Assembly: GCA_019310525.1 (NCBI GenBank)
Contig: JAFDEE010000009.1
Coordinates: 16,785-80,784 of the forward strand
Direction: 5' to 3'
DNA: 64,000 nucleotides
Source: Deltaproteobacteria bacterium
Lineage (GTDB): Bacteria; Desulfobacterota; DSM-4660; Desulfatiglandales; HGW-15
Below the pieces are notes generated by a model. That model was given only the letters and a program-made list of their open reading frames with translations. It did not search any database and was not told where the DNA came from. Shown here piece by piece: positions 38,097-47,760 of the stretch (the first letter of the stretch is position 1; each line of letters begins with the position of its first letter). A program made the position numbers and the translations under genes.

Positions 38097-39335
38097 ATGG
38101 CTCTCATCGTACAGAAATACGGCGGAACTTCGGTGGGGAGTATAGAAAAGATCAGGAAAGTGGCCGAGAGGGTCATCGAGTATTACAAGCAAGGGAACCG
38201 AATGGTCGTGGTCCTATCGGCCATGGCCGGGCAGACCGACGGCCTCATCAACCTGGCCCACGAAATGACCCCGGAACCGGACCCCAGGGAACTGGACGTA
38301 TTAATGTCTACCGGAGAGCAGGTCAGCGTGGCTCTCTTCTCCATGGCGGTCAGGTCCATGGGTTACGAAGCCCGGTCCCTCCTGGGTTTCCAGGTGCCCA
38401 TACACACGGACCCTGCTTATGGAAGGGCGCGAATCCAGGAGATCGACACGGAACGCATCCTCCGCGAAATCGAAAAAGGAACGATCGTGACGGTCGCCGG
38501 ATTTCAGGGGCTGGACGAATACAATAACATCACCACTCTCGGACGGGGGGGGTCGGATACCACGGCCGTGGCCCTGGCAGCCGCCCTCAAGGCCGACGTG
38601 TGCGAGATCTTCACCGACGTTAACGGGGTTTATACGACCGATCCCAACGTCTGCCCAAAGGCCAGGAAGATGTCCATCATCTCCTATGACGAGATGCTGG
38701 AGATGGCCAGTATGGGGGCCAAGGTTCTTGAGATCAGGGCGGTCGAATTTGCAAAGAAGTTCAACGTACCCATTCATGTCAGATCAACCTTTACCAAGGA
38801 AAGGGGAACCATGGTAGTCGCAGAGACGAAAGATATGGAAAAAGTCCTGGTGTCCGCCGTGGCTTACAACAAAAACGAAGCGCGGGTCACCATAACCAAG
38901 GTGCCCGACAGGCCGGGCATTGCGGCCAAAATCTTCGAGCCTGTCGTGGAGTCCGGGATAGTCGTGGACATGATCGTCCAGAATACCAGTGTGGAGGAAG
39001 GAAAGACAGACCTCACCTTCACGGTTCCTAAGACGGACTTTTCCCAGACCATGAAGCTGGTGAAGGGGATAGCGGAGGATATCGGAGCGGAGAGGGTTCT
39101 CGGGGACGAGAATATTTCCAAGGTCTCCATTATTGGGGTAGGCATGAGGAACCACGCGGGCGTCGCCCAAAAGATGTTCAAGACCCTGGCCCGGGAAAAT
39201 ATCAACATCATCATGATCAGCACTTCGGAGATCAAGGTCTCCTGCGCCATCGAGGAAAAATACACCGAGCTGGCCGTCCGCGTTCTTCATGAGGTCTTCG
39301 GTCTCGAAAATGAGGACATCTGCGAGGAATCCTGA
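38097..39335 (+). CDS. lysC: Aspartate kinase
   Basis: [11 protein letters not shown]-terminus, kinase core, and two C-terminal ACT domains. Confidence 0.93.
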   Translation: MALIVQKYGGTSVGSIEKIRKVAERVIEYYKQGNRMVVVLSAMAGQTDGLINLAHEMTPEPDPRELDVLMSTGEQVSVALFSMAVRSMGYEARSLLGFQVPIHTDPAYGRARIQEIDTERILREIEKGTIVTVAGFQGLDEYNNITTLGRGGSDTTAVALAAALKADVCEIFTDVNGVYTTDPNVCPKARKMSIISYDEMLEMASMGAKVLEIRAVEFAKKFNVPIHVRSTFTKERGTMVVAETKDMEKVLVSAVAYNKNEARVTITKVPDRPGIAAKIFEPVVESGIVVDMIVQNTSVEEGKTDLTFTVPKTDFSQTMKLVKGIAEDIGAERVLGDENISKVSIIGVGMRNHAGVAQKMFKTLARENINIIMISTSEIKVSCAIEEKYTELAVRVLHEVFGLENEDICEES

Positions 39336-39867
39336 GGGCCGGGAAGGCCCCCTGCTCCTCCTGCTCCTTGTCCTGGCCCTCTGCTGCATCGAGAGTCTTT
39401 GCGGGCCGGGAGGATCCCCGGCCGGCAGGCGGGGATCCGTAATCGTCCAGCTCCGGGGCGAGATCGGGCGACCGGGTGTCTACTTTTTCGAAAACCCCCC
39501 TTCCTTGAAAGACCTGCTGAAGGCAGCTGGAATCGGGGAGATCCCGATCTCTTCCCCTGAATCCCAGAAAATCAGGCTCCTCTCTTCAGGGACACGGATC
39601 TTCCTCCGGGCCGAAGCCGGGGGTGTAATTTTCGAACAGGAAAAGATGTCGGCCTTTCACAGGGTCACCCTGGGGATTCCATTGTCTTTGAATCGGGAAT
39701 CGGCTTATGGGCTTGCGGCCGTTCCGGGAATCGGTCCGGCGCTGGCCCGGGCCATCGTCATTGAGCGGAAGAAGAAGGGCGGATTTGCGGATCCGGAAGA
39801 GCTCAGGGAAGTTCCCGGCATCGACCGAAGGCTCCTTAAAAAGATCAAACCCTACCTCGGCCGATGA
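39310..39867 (+). CDS. comEA: ComEA-like helix-hairpin-helix DNA-binding protein
   Basis: N-terminal signal/anchor [12 protein letters not shown] and C-terminal HhH repeats ([31 protein letters not shown]). The start is uncertain (39289 or 39310). Confidence 0.75.
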   Translation: MRTSARNPEGREGPLLLLLLVLALCCIESLCGPGGSPAGRRGSVIVQLRGEIGRPGVYFFENPPSLKDLLKAAGIGEIPISSPESQKIRLLSSGTRIFLRAEAGGVIFEQEKMSAFHRVTLGIPLSLNRESAYGLAAVPGIGPALARAIVIERKKKGGFADPEELREVPGIDRRLLKKIKPYLGR

Positions 39868-39876
39868 TCACCGCTG

Positions 39877-42525
39877 GTGGAAAGATCGGTCAGAGGGATT
39901 ACACATATTCCGAAACAGGGTACATCTGTGAAAAGGATCCAAGAAAAAATCCCTGACTGGGTGATGGGTCTCGGTATCACCCTTTTTTTCATCTTCATGG
40001 CGCTTACCGGGATTTTTGACTTCACGGAGCCTCTGGAGCTGAAAACCTTTGACCTAAGGGCACATCTCGCCGCCTCCGGGGAAAGGAATCCGGATATCGA
40101 ACTGGTGGTCATTTCCGATGATGACCTGGACGACCTGGGACGCTTTCCATGGCCCCGGAACATCCTGGCCCGGGGAATCCGAAACCTTGCGCGGGCAGGG
40201 GCACGGGTCATCGCCCTCAACATCCTTTTCAGCGAACCCGAGGAAAGTGCCGGCCTTAGGGCGGTCCGGAAATTGAAAGAACAATACGAGGCCCTGGGAC
40301 TGGCCCAGGAAGGGCCGGGGCTTTCTTTTTACGGGGCGTTGTCCAGCGCACTGGTCGATCTGAACAACGACAATAAACTATACCGGGCCATGAAAGAGGC
40401 GGGAAACGTGGTCCTCCCCGTCTACTTCGACACCGTAAGCGGCGGGATCGACGAGGAACCACCGCCCTTCATACTCCACCATGCCTTAAAGGAGATCAAG
40501 ATTTCCGGGGATCCGGAGGCCCTCTCCTACATGATCCGCTTCCACAAGGTCAAACCCCTCCTTCCCGCCTTTGGGGAGGTGGCCGCGGGGATCGGGCATT
40601 TCAACCTTTTTCAGGACCGGGACGGATATGTCCGCCACCAGGTCCCTGTGGTGAGATACCTGGATCAATACACCTTCCCCTCCCTCGCCGTCGCCATAGT
40701 GCGTGTCTTCAAGGGTGTCCGTGACGGCGGGATCACCCTGATCCCCGGCCGGGGGATCCGCATGAAGGTGGGTCCTGAATCTATAACCTTTCCGGTGGTC
40801 GATTCCCGGATGCGCTGTCTGATCCGCTGGAGGAAAGGGCCGGGAGTCGCCTTTCACCGCACCCCCTTTTCCAGGGTGTATCGAAACGAGTTCCGGAAGG
40901 ATCTATTCCGCGGCAAGATCGTCATCATCGGTCTCACTGCCCAAGGGCTTGAGCCCAAGCTGGTGACCCCCGTAGCGGCCACCCTTCCGGGCCTGGAAGT
41001 GGTGGCCAATTCGGTGGCCGATATCCTTGAGCGGCGATTCTTCACCCGGCCGGCCTGGGCGCCCCTCTTGGAACTCTTCGTCCTCCTGGTCTTCGGGCTT
41101 CATATCAGTTTCGTACTGCCAAGGATGAAGGCGGGAATGGGTGCGATTACAACCTTCACCCTTTTCCTGCTTTACGGCCTCCTGGGGAGCCTGCTCTTTT
41201 TCTCCCGGGACCTCTGGCTCAAGATCACCTCCCCCATGTTGCTTCTTTTGGTGGGTTATCTCCTCGTAGTATCCAAAAGATTCCTGGTGACCGAAAGGGC
41301 CAAAGACAAGGTGGAAGCGGACTCTATTGAAACCAACAAGATGCTCGGACTCTCCTTTCAGCAACAGGGGATGCTGGATCTGGCCCTTGAAAAATTCCGG
41401 AAACTTCCCCTGGAAGAAGAAGGGGTGAAGGACCTGCTCTACAACCTGGGCCTCGACTTCGAGCGCAAACGCCAATTCTCCAAGGCCTTGGCCACTTATC
41501 GCTTGATCGTAGGGGACGGCAAGGCTTTCAAGGACCTTGCCGAGAGAATACCCAGGCTGAAGGGGGCCGAGGCCACCTTGATTTTCGGAACCGGGGGCGT
41601 TTCTCATCCCGGGGATATCGGCGCGGACCTCACGGATTCCGGGGCCCGTCCCACCCTCGGGCGGTACGAAATCGTGGACGAACTCGGACGGGGTGCTATG
41701 GGGGTCGTGTACAAGGGTGAAGACCCCAAGATCCACCGCACCGTGGCCATCAAGACCCTGCGGCTTTCCGATTTCGAAGACAACGTGGTGGAGGAGGTAA
41801 AGGAGCGATTCTTTCGGGAGGCGGAATCCGCCGGACTCCTGACCCATCCGAACATCGTTACGATTTACGACTGCGGGGAAGAACAGGACCTGGCTTACAT
41901 CGCCATGGAGTACCTTGATGGGGAAACCCTGGAAGAATTCGCCCGGAAAGACCGGCTCCTCCCCGTCAGGGAAACCCTTTCCATCGTGGCCCAGGTGGCT
42001 GAGGCCCTGGATTACGCTCACGGGCGTGGAGTAGTGCATAGGGACGTCAAACCGGCCAATATCATGCGCCTCAGGGATCACGGGTTCATAAAGGTTACGG
42101 ATTTCGGCATCGCCCGCATCACCTCTTCCTCTAAGACCAAGACGGGTGTTGTCCTGGGGACTCCTTCATACATGTCGCCCGAGCAGATCTCGGGCAAGAA
42201 GGTGGACGGCCGGTCAGACATCTTTTCCCTCGGGATCGTCCTTTTCGAGATGCTCACGGGACAAAAGCCCTTTGAGGGTGAGGACCTGACCGCCCTCATG
42301 TACCAAATCGCCAGGGAACCCCACCCCGGTCCCCGCTCCATAAACCCCAGGATTCCGCCTGTGGTGGAGAAAATCATCGGTAAGGCACTGAAAAAGGACC
42401 CGGCTGAACGCTATCAGAGGGCGTCTCAAATGGCGGCCCATCTCTTGAAGGTTATCGCCAAGATGGACGAAATCGCGGCCAAGAAGGAAGGAGGACCCAC
42501 AACCCGAAAACCAACGGGACCCTAG
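39877..42525 (+). CDS. CHASE2 sensor domain-containing Ser/Thr protein kinase
   Basis: N-terminal TM helix, CHASE2-like extracytoplasmic domain, three TM helices, a TPR-like linker, and a Hanks kinase domain (VAIK, HRDVKPANI, DFGIA, GTPSYMSPE). GTG start with no clear RBS. Confidence 0.86.
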   Translation: MERSVRGITHIPKQGTSVKRIQEKIPDWVMGLGITLFFIFMALTGIFDFTEPLELKTFDLRAHLAASGERNPDIELVVISDDDLDDLGRFPWPRNILARGIRNLARAGARVIALNILFSEPEESAGLRAVRKLKEQYEALGLAQEGPGLSFYGALSSALVDLNNDNKLYRAMKEAGNVVLPVYFDTVSGGIDEEPPPFILHHALKEIKISGDPEALSYMIRFHKVKPLLPAFGEVAAGIGHFNLFQDRDGYVRHQVPVVRYLDQYTFPSLAVAIVRVFKGVRDGGITLIPGRGIRMKVGPESITFPVVDSRMRCLIRWRKGPGVAFHRTPFSRVYRNEFRKDLFRGKIVIIGLTAQGLEPKLVTPVAATLPGLEVVANSVADILERRFFTRPAWAPLLELFVLLVFGLHISFVLPRMKAGMGAITTFTLFLLYGLLGSLLFFSRDLWLKITSPMLLLLVGYLLVVSKRFLVTERAKDKVEADSIETNKMLGLSFQQQGMLDLALEKFRKLPLEEEGVKDLLYNLGLDFERKRQFSKALATYRLIVGDGKAFKDLAERIPRLKGAEATLIFGTGGVSHPGDIGADLTDSGARPTLGRYEIVDELGRGAMGVVYKGEDPKIHRTVAIKTLRLSDFEDNVVEEVKERFFREAESAGLLTHPNIVTIYDCGEEQDLAYIAMEYLDGETLEEFARKDRLLPVRETLSIVAQVAEALDYAHGRGVVHRDVKPANIMRLRDHGFIKVTDFGIARITSSSKTKTGVVLGTPSYMSPEQISGKKVDGRSDIFSLGIVLFEMLTGQKPFEGEDLTALMYQIAREPHPGPRSINPRIPPVVEKIIGKALKKDPAERYQRASQMAAHLLKVIAKMDEIAAKKEGGPTTRKPTGP

Positions 42526-42557
42526 ACCGGTTCCGGCCCCCTGGAGTGGAGGGACCC

Positions 42558-43367
42558 ATGAGGCACCATGCCGCAGGGAAAACACATGTAGGCCTCGCGA
42601 GGAAGACCAACGAAGACAGTCTTCTCCTCGCTCCCGAATTGGGTCTATATGTGGTGGCCGACGGGCTGGGGGGACATATTGCCGGCGAGGTGGCGAGCCG
42701 GATGGTAATTGAAACCATGGCCGAATACTGGCGGAGGGTCAGGCACCACGAAGCTCCCGCACTCCAGGAAGACCTCGGTCCGGACCTGCCCAAGGAAGCC
42801 AGGCATCTCCTCAACTCCATCGCCATGAGCAACACCGTGGTCCATGAGGCCCAAAAGAGGGCCGAGTACCGCGGGATGGGTTCCACGGTCGCTGCCGTAC
42901 TCGTGGAAAAAGACACTGTATGGTTGGCCAATGTGGGTGATAGCCCCATCTATCTTTTTGATCAGGGCCGGCTGATCCGGCTGTCGGAAGAGCATTCCGT
43001 GGAGGCCGAGGAGACCAACAAGGGTATGACCTATGGTCTCCAAATTCCCAGCCCTCTGCTCAAAAATATCCTGACAAGGGCCCTGGGCCTGAAGCCCGAG
43101 GTCCAGGCCTATATTCAACCTGTTCGTCCTGAGGCCGGCGACATGCTTCTGATCTGCTCGGACGGTCTGACCGACTACGTTACGGAGAAGGACATCCAGA
43201 AGACCCTTGCTGAGGAAGGACTGGACCCTGAGCAAAAGGTGGCGCGGCTTATCGATCTGGGGCTTGAAGGTGGAGGAGGAGACAACATCTCAGTGATTCT
43301 CCTGGTAATTCTCGAAGAGGGGAAATGGGGAAGATTCAAGAGGCGATTCTTGACCGGCACAAGATGA
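42558..43367 (+). CDS. PP2C-family Ser/Thr phosphatase
   Basis: Motifs RKTNEDS, VADGLGGH, LCSDGL and GGGDNISV. The ATG at 42558 has GGAGGG 6 nt upstream. Confidence 0.88.
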   Translation: MRHHAAGKTHVGLARKTNEDSLLLAPELGLYVVADGLGGHIAGEVASRMVIETMAEYWRRVRHHEAPALQEDLGPDLPKEARHLLNSIAMSNTVVHEAQKRAEYRGMGSTVAAVLVEKDTVWLANVGDSPIYLFDQGRLIRLSEEHSVEAEETNKGMTYGLQIPSPLLKNILTRALGLKPEVQAYIQPVRPEAGDMLLICSDGLTDYVTEKDIQKTLAEEGLDPEQKVARLIDLGLEGGGGDNISVILLVILEEGKWGRFKRRFLTGTR

Positions 43368-43370
43368 ATC

Positions 43371-43400
43371 TTGCATAAACAATTTTGAATCAGTTAAAAA
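43371..43400 (+). promoter_or_regulatory. Putative promoter in the AT-rich spacer upstream of tsaD
   Basis: TTGCAT (43371-43376), 18-nt spacer, TAAAAA (43395-43400), within a conspicuously AT-rich 66-bp gap. Confidence 0.35.
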
Positions 43401-43433
43401 ATTTAATGGAAATTCAACCATAAAAACATATTT

Positions 43434-44459
43434 ATGAAGATACTTGGAATCGACACCTCCTGTGACGACACTTCCGCCGCCGTGGTGGAGGACGGGCGAG
43501 AGGTCCGCTCATGCGTGGTCCATTCCCAGGTCAGGCTCCATCACCCTTATGGCGGCGTGGTCCCGGAATTGGCCTCCCGGGAGCATCTCCGTAACCTGGT
43601 GCCGGTGGTGGAGGAGGCCCTCGCGAGGGCCGGGATCACTCCCGGGAACCTGGACGGCATTGCCGTGACCGTGGGACCCGGCCTGATCGGTTCACTGCTT
43701 GTAGGTCTTTACCATGCCAAGGCCCTGGCATACACCCATGGAATCCCGGTGGCGGGGATCAATCACCTGGAGGGGCACATCCTCTCCATCTTTCTGGAAA
43801 AACGGGCCCCCCGATTCCCCTTTGTGGCCCTCACAGTCTCCGGAGGACACACCTCGCTCTATTTCGTGGAGGGGTACGGGAGGTACCGTCAGATGGGCCA
43901 GACCCTGGACGATGCCGCTGGGGAAGCCTTTGACAAGGTGGCCAAAATCCTCGGTCTCGGATATCCCGGGGGCGTCGTGATCGAAAGGCTGGCACAGGAG
44001 GGTGACAGGGATCGGATACCTTTTCCAAGGGCTGTTTTGGGCCCCGACTCCCTCGATTTCAGCTTCAGCGGATTGAAAACCGCCGTATCCCTGTACGTGA
44101 AAGACTGGAAGGCAGAGGCCGGAAGAGACCGAGTTTCTATGGCCGACATCGCCGCCTCTTTCCAGGAAGCCGTCATCGACGTGCTGGCCATAAAGGCCCT
44201 GAGGGCCCTCCGGAAGACCGGGGCCCCTTCCTTGGTGATCGCAGGGGGCGTGGCCTGCAACCAGGCCTTGCGGGAACAAATTAAGAATCGGATTTCAGAA
44301 GCAGGGGCGGAGCTTTACTACCCCCGCCCATTGTACTGCACCGACAACGGGGCCATGATCGCCGCAGCCGGATACCACCGAATTCTGCACGGCGAGCGGG
44401 CCGGCCTGGAAGAAGACGTAAAGTCCAGATTCCCCATTGACAGCCTTCCACCGATATGA
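43434..44459 (+). CDS. tsaD: tRNA N6-adenosine threonylcarbamoyltransferase
   Basis: ILGIDTSCDDT N-terminus, HLEGH metal site, and a full-length Kae1/TsaD match. Confidence 0.95.
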   Translation: MKILGIDTSCDDTSAAVVEDGREVRSCVVHSQVRLHHPYGGVVPELASREHLRNLVPVVEEALARAGITPGNLDGIAVTVGPGLIGSLLVGLYHAKALAYTHGIPVAGINHLEGHILSIFLEKRAPRFPFVALTVSGGHTSLYFVEGYGRYRQMGQTLDDAAGEAFDKVAKILGLGYPGGVVIERLAQEGDRDRIPFPRAVLGPDSLDFSFSGLKTAVSLYVKDWKAEAGRDRVSMADIAASFQEAVIDVLAIKALRALRKTGAPSLVIAGGVACNQALREQIKNRISEAGAELYYPRPLYCTDNGAMIAAAGYHRILHGERAGLEEDVKSRFPIDSLPPI

Positions 44460-44470
44460 GGCTATAAGAT

Positions 44471-44516
44471 GTCAGGGTTCAACATTCAACTATTATGTTG
44501 AATGTTGAACCCTGAC
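44471..44516 (+). promoter_or_regulatory. Perfect 20-bp-stem hairpin spanning the DUF2062 start codon
   Basis: Arms GTCAGGGTTCAACATTCAAC (44471-44490) and GTTGAATGTTGAACCCTGAC (44497-44516) with loop TATTAT. The arms contain the heptad TGTTGAA twice. It lies 11 nt after the tsaD stop. The ATG at 44502 is inside the 3' arm. Confidence 0.6.
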
Positions 44517-45032
44517 TTTAAAACAAAAGGATTTAAATCTTTGAACTACCCCAGATGGCTCAGGTATTATTATCTTCGGTTCATCCGGCTGAGGGGAGAT
44601 CCCCATGAACTCGCCCTGGGCACGGCCCTCGGCATATTCGCCGGCCTGATGCCCATCATGCCTTTTCAGACAGCACTGTCGGTGACCCTTGCCCTCTTTT
44701 TCAAGGGGAGCAAGATAACGGCGGCCCTGGGGACCTGGGTCAGCAACCCCTTGAACTGGTACTTTCTCTACCATTACAGTTACAAGATCGGCACATTCTT
44801 GCTCGGGTTCTCCAGCGAAAACGCCATCCACTCTTCGCTAATGGCCGCCATTCGCAGGGGAGACGAACCCCTGGCGATCATTGGGAAAATGATCGAATCG
44901 GGAAGCGCCATAATGGCCTCCTTCTTAGCAGGCGGTCTCCTGATCGCCATCCTGGGAGCCACTCCTTCCTACTTTCTTTTTCTGTGGATCTTCAAACACG
45001 TCCACCAGTGGCGCCTAAAGAGAAGGACCTGA
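44502..45032 (+). CDS. DUF2062 domain-containing membrane protein
   Basis: RGDPHELALGTALGIFAGLMP and the following TM helices are typical of DUF2062. Confidence 0.78.
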   Translation: MLNPDFKTKGFKSLNYPRWLRYYYLRFIRLRGDPHELALGTALGIFAGLMPIMPFQTALSVTLALFFKGSKITAALGTWVSNPLNWYFLYHYSYKIGTFLLGFSSENAIHSSLMAAIRRGDEPLAIIGKMIESGSAIMASFLAGGLLIAILGATPSYFLFLWIFKHVHQWRLKRRT

Positions 45033-45035
45033 AAA

Positions 45036-45881
45036 TTGAGAAGATCCAAAACCATTCGGAAGGGGAGAGCCTTTCACCCCAAGAAACGGCTTGCCCAGCA
45101 TTTCCTGAGGGACGAGCACATCATCAAACAGATCCTCTCCTGTGCAGGGTTCTCCTCTTCCGACCACGTCCTGGAAGTGGGTCCGGGCCTGGGGGCACTG
45201 ACCATTCCCCTGGCCCGGTCGGTCCGCAGGGTCATCGCGGTCGAGAAGGACCTGCAACTCGTAGAAATGCTCGAAAAGAGGCTCCTGGTAGCCGGAGTGA
45301 CCAACGTCACCTTGATCCACCGGGATATCCTATCCTTCGATTTCGAAGAAACAGAGACACCTGAGACGAACAAAATCCAAGTGATTGGAAATCTGCCCTA
45401 TAACATTTCCTCTCCCCTCCTGGAAAAGCTTGTCACCCACCGGGACCGCCTGGAGCAGGCCGTCCTCATGTTCCAGAAGGAATTCGCCGAGCGCCTGCTC
45501 TCCGATCCTGGAGGCAGGGAGTACGGGGCCATCACCGTGGTCACGCGGTATTTCTCCCGGATCTCTCCACTCCTGGAGGTCTCCAGGGAGGCCTTTCGTC
45601 CCCGCCCCAAGGTGGGTTCCATGGTGCTTAACCTGAACTTCTCGCTTCCTTATCCACGAAGGGCCCGAGATGAAAGATTTTTCAGGAGGCTCGTCAAGGG
45701 GGCCTTCGCCCAACGCCGCAAGACCCTGCTTAACGCCTTGAGCGCCGCCTTTCCGGAAAAAGACAGGTCGGGCATCTTGGAGGCCTTGGGCCGGTGCGGC
45801 ATCGATCCCAGCCGCAGGGCCGAAACCCTGGATATCGAAGAATACCTCTCTCTGAGTGAAGCCATGGCAGCCCTTTCTTGA
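45036..45881 (+). CDS. rsmA: 16S rRNA (adenine1518/1519-N6)-dimethyltransferase
   Basis: KKRLAQHFL, SAM motif VLEVGPGLGALT, and GNLPYNISS. TTG start with GAAGGA upstream. Confidence 0.92.
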   Translation: MRRSKTIRKGRAFHPKKRLAQHFLRDEHIIKQILSCAGFSSSDHVLEVGPGLGALTIPLARSVRRVIAVEKDLQLVEMLEKRLLVAGVTNVTLIHRDILSFDFEETETPETNKIQVIGNLPYNISSPLLEKLVTHRDRLEQAVLMFQKEFAERLLSDPGGREYGAITVVTRYFSRISPLLEVSREAFRPRPKVGSMVLNLNFSLPYPRRARDERFFRRLVKGAFAQRRKTLLNALSAAFPEKDRSGILEALGRCGIDPSRRAETLDIEEYLSLSEAMAALS

Positions 45882-46001
45882 CAAACTCCAGGCCCGGTGG
45901 TAAGGGGAGACCACTTGGTCACCGGCGGGCGATCCCGCTGAAAACCCCGGGACCAAGCGGGCGTTCGGGAGGGATTACACAAACCGGGAGACCGATACCC
46001 C

Positions 46002-46646
46002 ATGCACCACTACATCGTAATTGAAGGTCCCCTTGGAGTAGGAAAGACGAGCCTGGCCGTCAAGCTTGCCGAGAGGCTCAATGCCCATACCCTTTTGGAA
46101 GACGTGGAGGAGAATCCCTTTTTGTTCAATTTCTACCAGGATCCGCAAAAATACGCCTTCCAGACCCAGATCTACTTCCTTCTGCGCCGCTACAAGCAAG
46201 CCCTTGATGCCGGCCAGATCGGCCTGTTCAAAAGGGCCACCGTTTCCGACTATCTTTTTGACAAGGACAGGATCTTCGCCCGGGCAAATCTGGACGACAA
46301 CGAGTTCTGGCTCTATGAACAGCTCTTTCGGATCTTGAAGAAAAGGATTCCCCTTCCAGACCTGGTGATCTTTCTCCAGGCCAAAACCGAAGTGCTTTTG
46401 GAGAGGATAAAGGGAAGGAACAGGAAATACGAGAAGTCCATCGGCTTCAAATACCTTGATAAAATCAACCGGGCCTTTAATGACTTCTTCTTCCATTTTT
46501 CCGACTGCCCCCTGTTGGTGGTGAATGCTTCCGAGATCGACTTTGTTCATATCCCGGAGGACTTCGAAGACCTGGTGATCCAGGTGAAAAAAATGGAATC
46601 AGGCACCCGGTATTACGTGCCCATGAGTTCGAAAGACAAGGCCTGA
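46002..46646 (+). CDS. Deoxynucleoside kinase
   Basis: P-loop IEGPLGVGKTSL, the ERS-like region, and the LQAKTEVLLERIKGRNRKYE lid motif of the dNK family. Confidence 0.85.
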   Translation: MHHYIVIEGPLGVGKTSLAVKLAERLNAHTLLEDVEENPFLFNFYQDPQKYAFQTQIYFLLRRYKQALDAGQIGLFKRATVSDYLFDKDRIFARANLDDNEFWLYEQLFRILKKRIPLPDLVIFLQAKTEVLLERIKGRNRKYEKSIGFKYLDKINRAFNDFFFHFSDCPLLVVNASEIDFVHIPEDFEDLVIQVKKMESGTRYYVPMSSKDKA

Positions 46647-46697
46647 GGAAACCGCTCATAGGCCGTCCAGGCCTTCACCAAGGAAGGGATTATATCC

Positions 46698-47546
46698 ATG
46701 GAAGTCATTGAAACAGTTCAAGCGATGCATGCCAGGGCTGAAGCCCTACGTCTTTCCGGCAAGAGCATCGCCCTCGTACCGACCATGGGTTTTTTTCACG
46801 AGGGACACCTTGAACTCATGAGGGTAGGGAAGAGACATGCGGACGTTCTGGTGATCAGTATCTTTGTGAACCCGACCCAGTTTGGCCCCAGCGAGGACTA
46901 CGAGACCTACCCGCGGGATACCGAGGGAGACCTCGCAAAGGCTGAATCCGTTGGGGTGGACATCGTCTTTCTGCCCAAGGTGGAGGAAATGTATCCCCAG
47001 GGGTACCAGACCACGGTAAGCGTCCGAGATCTCACCCGGCACCTTTGCGGGTTGTCGCGGCCTGGCCACTTCGACGGAGTGACCACCATCGTAGCCAAGC
47101 TCTTCCATGCCACGAAGCCCCATATCGCCATCTTCGGCCAGAAGGATTACCAGCAGCTCACAGTGGTCAGCCGGATGGTTCAGGACCTGAACATGGATAT
47201 CAAGATCGTGGGTGTCCCAACGGTGAGGGAGCCCGACGGCCTCGCCATGAGTTCCCGGAACAGCTACCTGAGCCCCGAGGAAAGGAAGTCGGGCCTGTGC
47301 CTCAAGAAATCCCTGGATCTGGCCGATGAGCTCTTCAAAAAAGGAGAACGAAAAGCTGAAACCATCCGAAAGGAAATCGAAAAACTCATTCTCAGTCACC
47401 CCCACACCCGGATCGAGTACGTAACATTCTGTGACCCAACAAGCCTGGAGGAGTTGGAGATCCTGGAAGACGAAAGCCTGCTGGCCCTTGCCGTCAGGGT
47501 GGGGAACACCCGGCTCATCGACAACGCCGTGATCGGAAGATCCTGA
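46698..47546 (+). CDS. panC: Pantoate--beta-alanine ligase
   Basis: PTMGFFHEGHLELM (HIGH-type) and FGQKDYQQ motifs. Confidence 0.93.
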   Translation: MEVIETVQAMHARAEALRLSGKSIALVPTMGFFHEGHLELMRVGKRHADVLVISIFVNPTQFGPSEDYETYPRDTEGDLAKAESVGVDIVFLPKVEEMYPQGYQTTVSVRDLTRHLCGLSRPGHFDGVTTIVAKLFHATKPHIAIFGQKDYQQLTVVSRMVQDLNMDIKIVGVPTVREPDGLAMSSRNSYLSPEERKSGLCLKKSLDLADELFKKGERKAETIRKEIEKLILSHPHTRIEYVTFCDPTSLEELEILEDESLLALAVRVGNTRLIDNAVIGRS

Positions 47547-47577
47547 GGAAAGAATTCCGATCGGACGGTGGCACACG

Positions 47578-47719
47578 GAGACCTTTGAAAAACGTTCAGT
47601 TTTGTCCAAGGTCAAGGAAGACGAAAATTTTAACCGCAGGAATACTTAAAGTATTTCGAGGATTAAACTTTGAGTCTGACGCAGAGATTGGGCAAAAGGG
47701 GACGTTTTTCAGAGGTGTC
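47578..47719 (+). mobile_element. Canonical class-A MITE-like element (142 bp) upstream of metK
   Basis: TIRs GAGACCTTTGAAAAACGT (47578-47595) and ACGTTTTTCAGAGGTGTC (47702-47719). Perfect 5-bp direct repeat ACACG at 47573-47577 and 47720-47724. Ends 41 nt before the metK ATG. Confidence 0.85.
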
Positions 47720-47760
47720 ACACGGGTCGATTCAGAAATAGAAAGGAGAAAGGGACAACC

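Noticed and set aside
4389-47719. Whether the recurring about-100-bp core repeats are a CRISPR array or CRISPR remnants.
   Set aside because: Copies are kilobases apart, occur in both orientations and are not separated by regular spacers. They carry TIRs and target-site duplications. No cas genes are present.
47547-47760. Possible SAM riboswitch upstream of metK.
   Set aside because: The spacer is almost entirely the MITE-like element plus a 41-nt stretch carrying the RBS. No SAM-I, SAM-II or SAM-V-like conserved segments were recognised.
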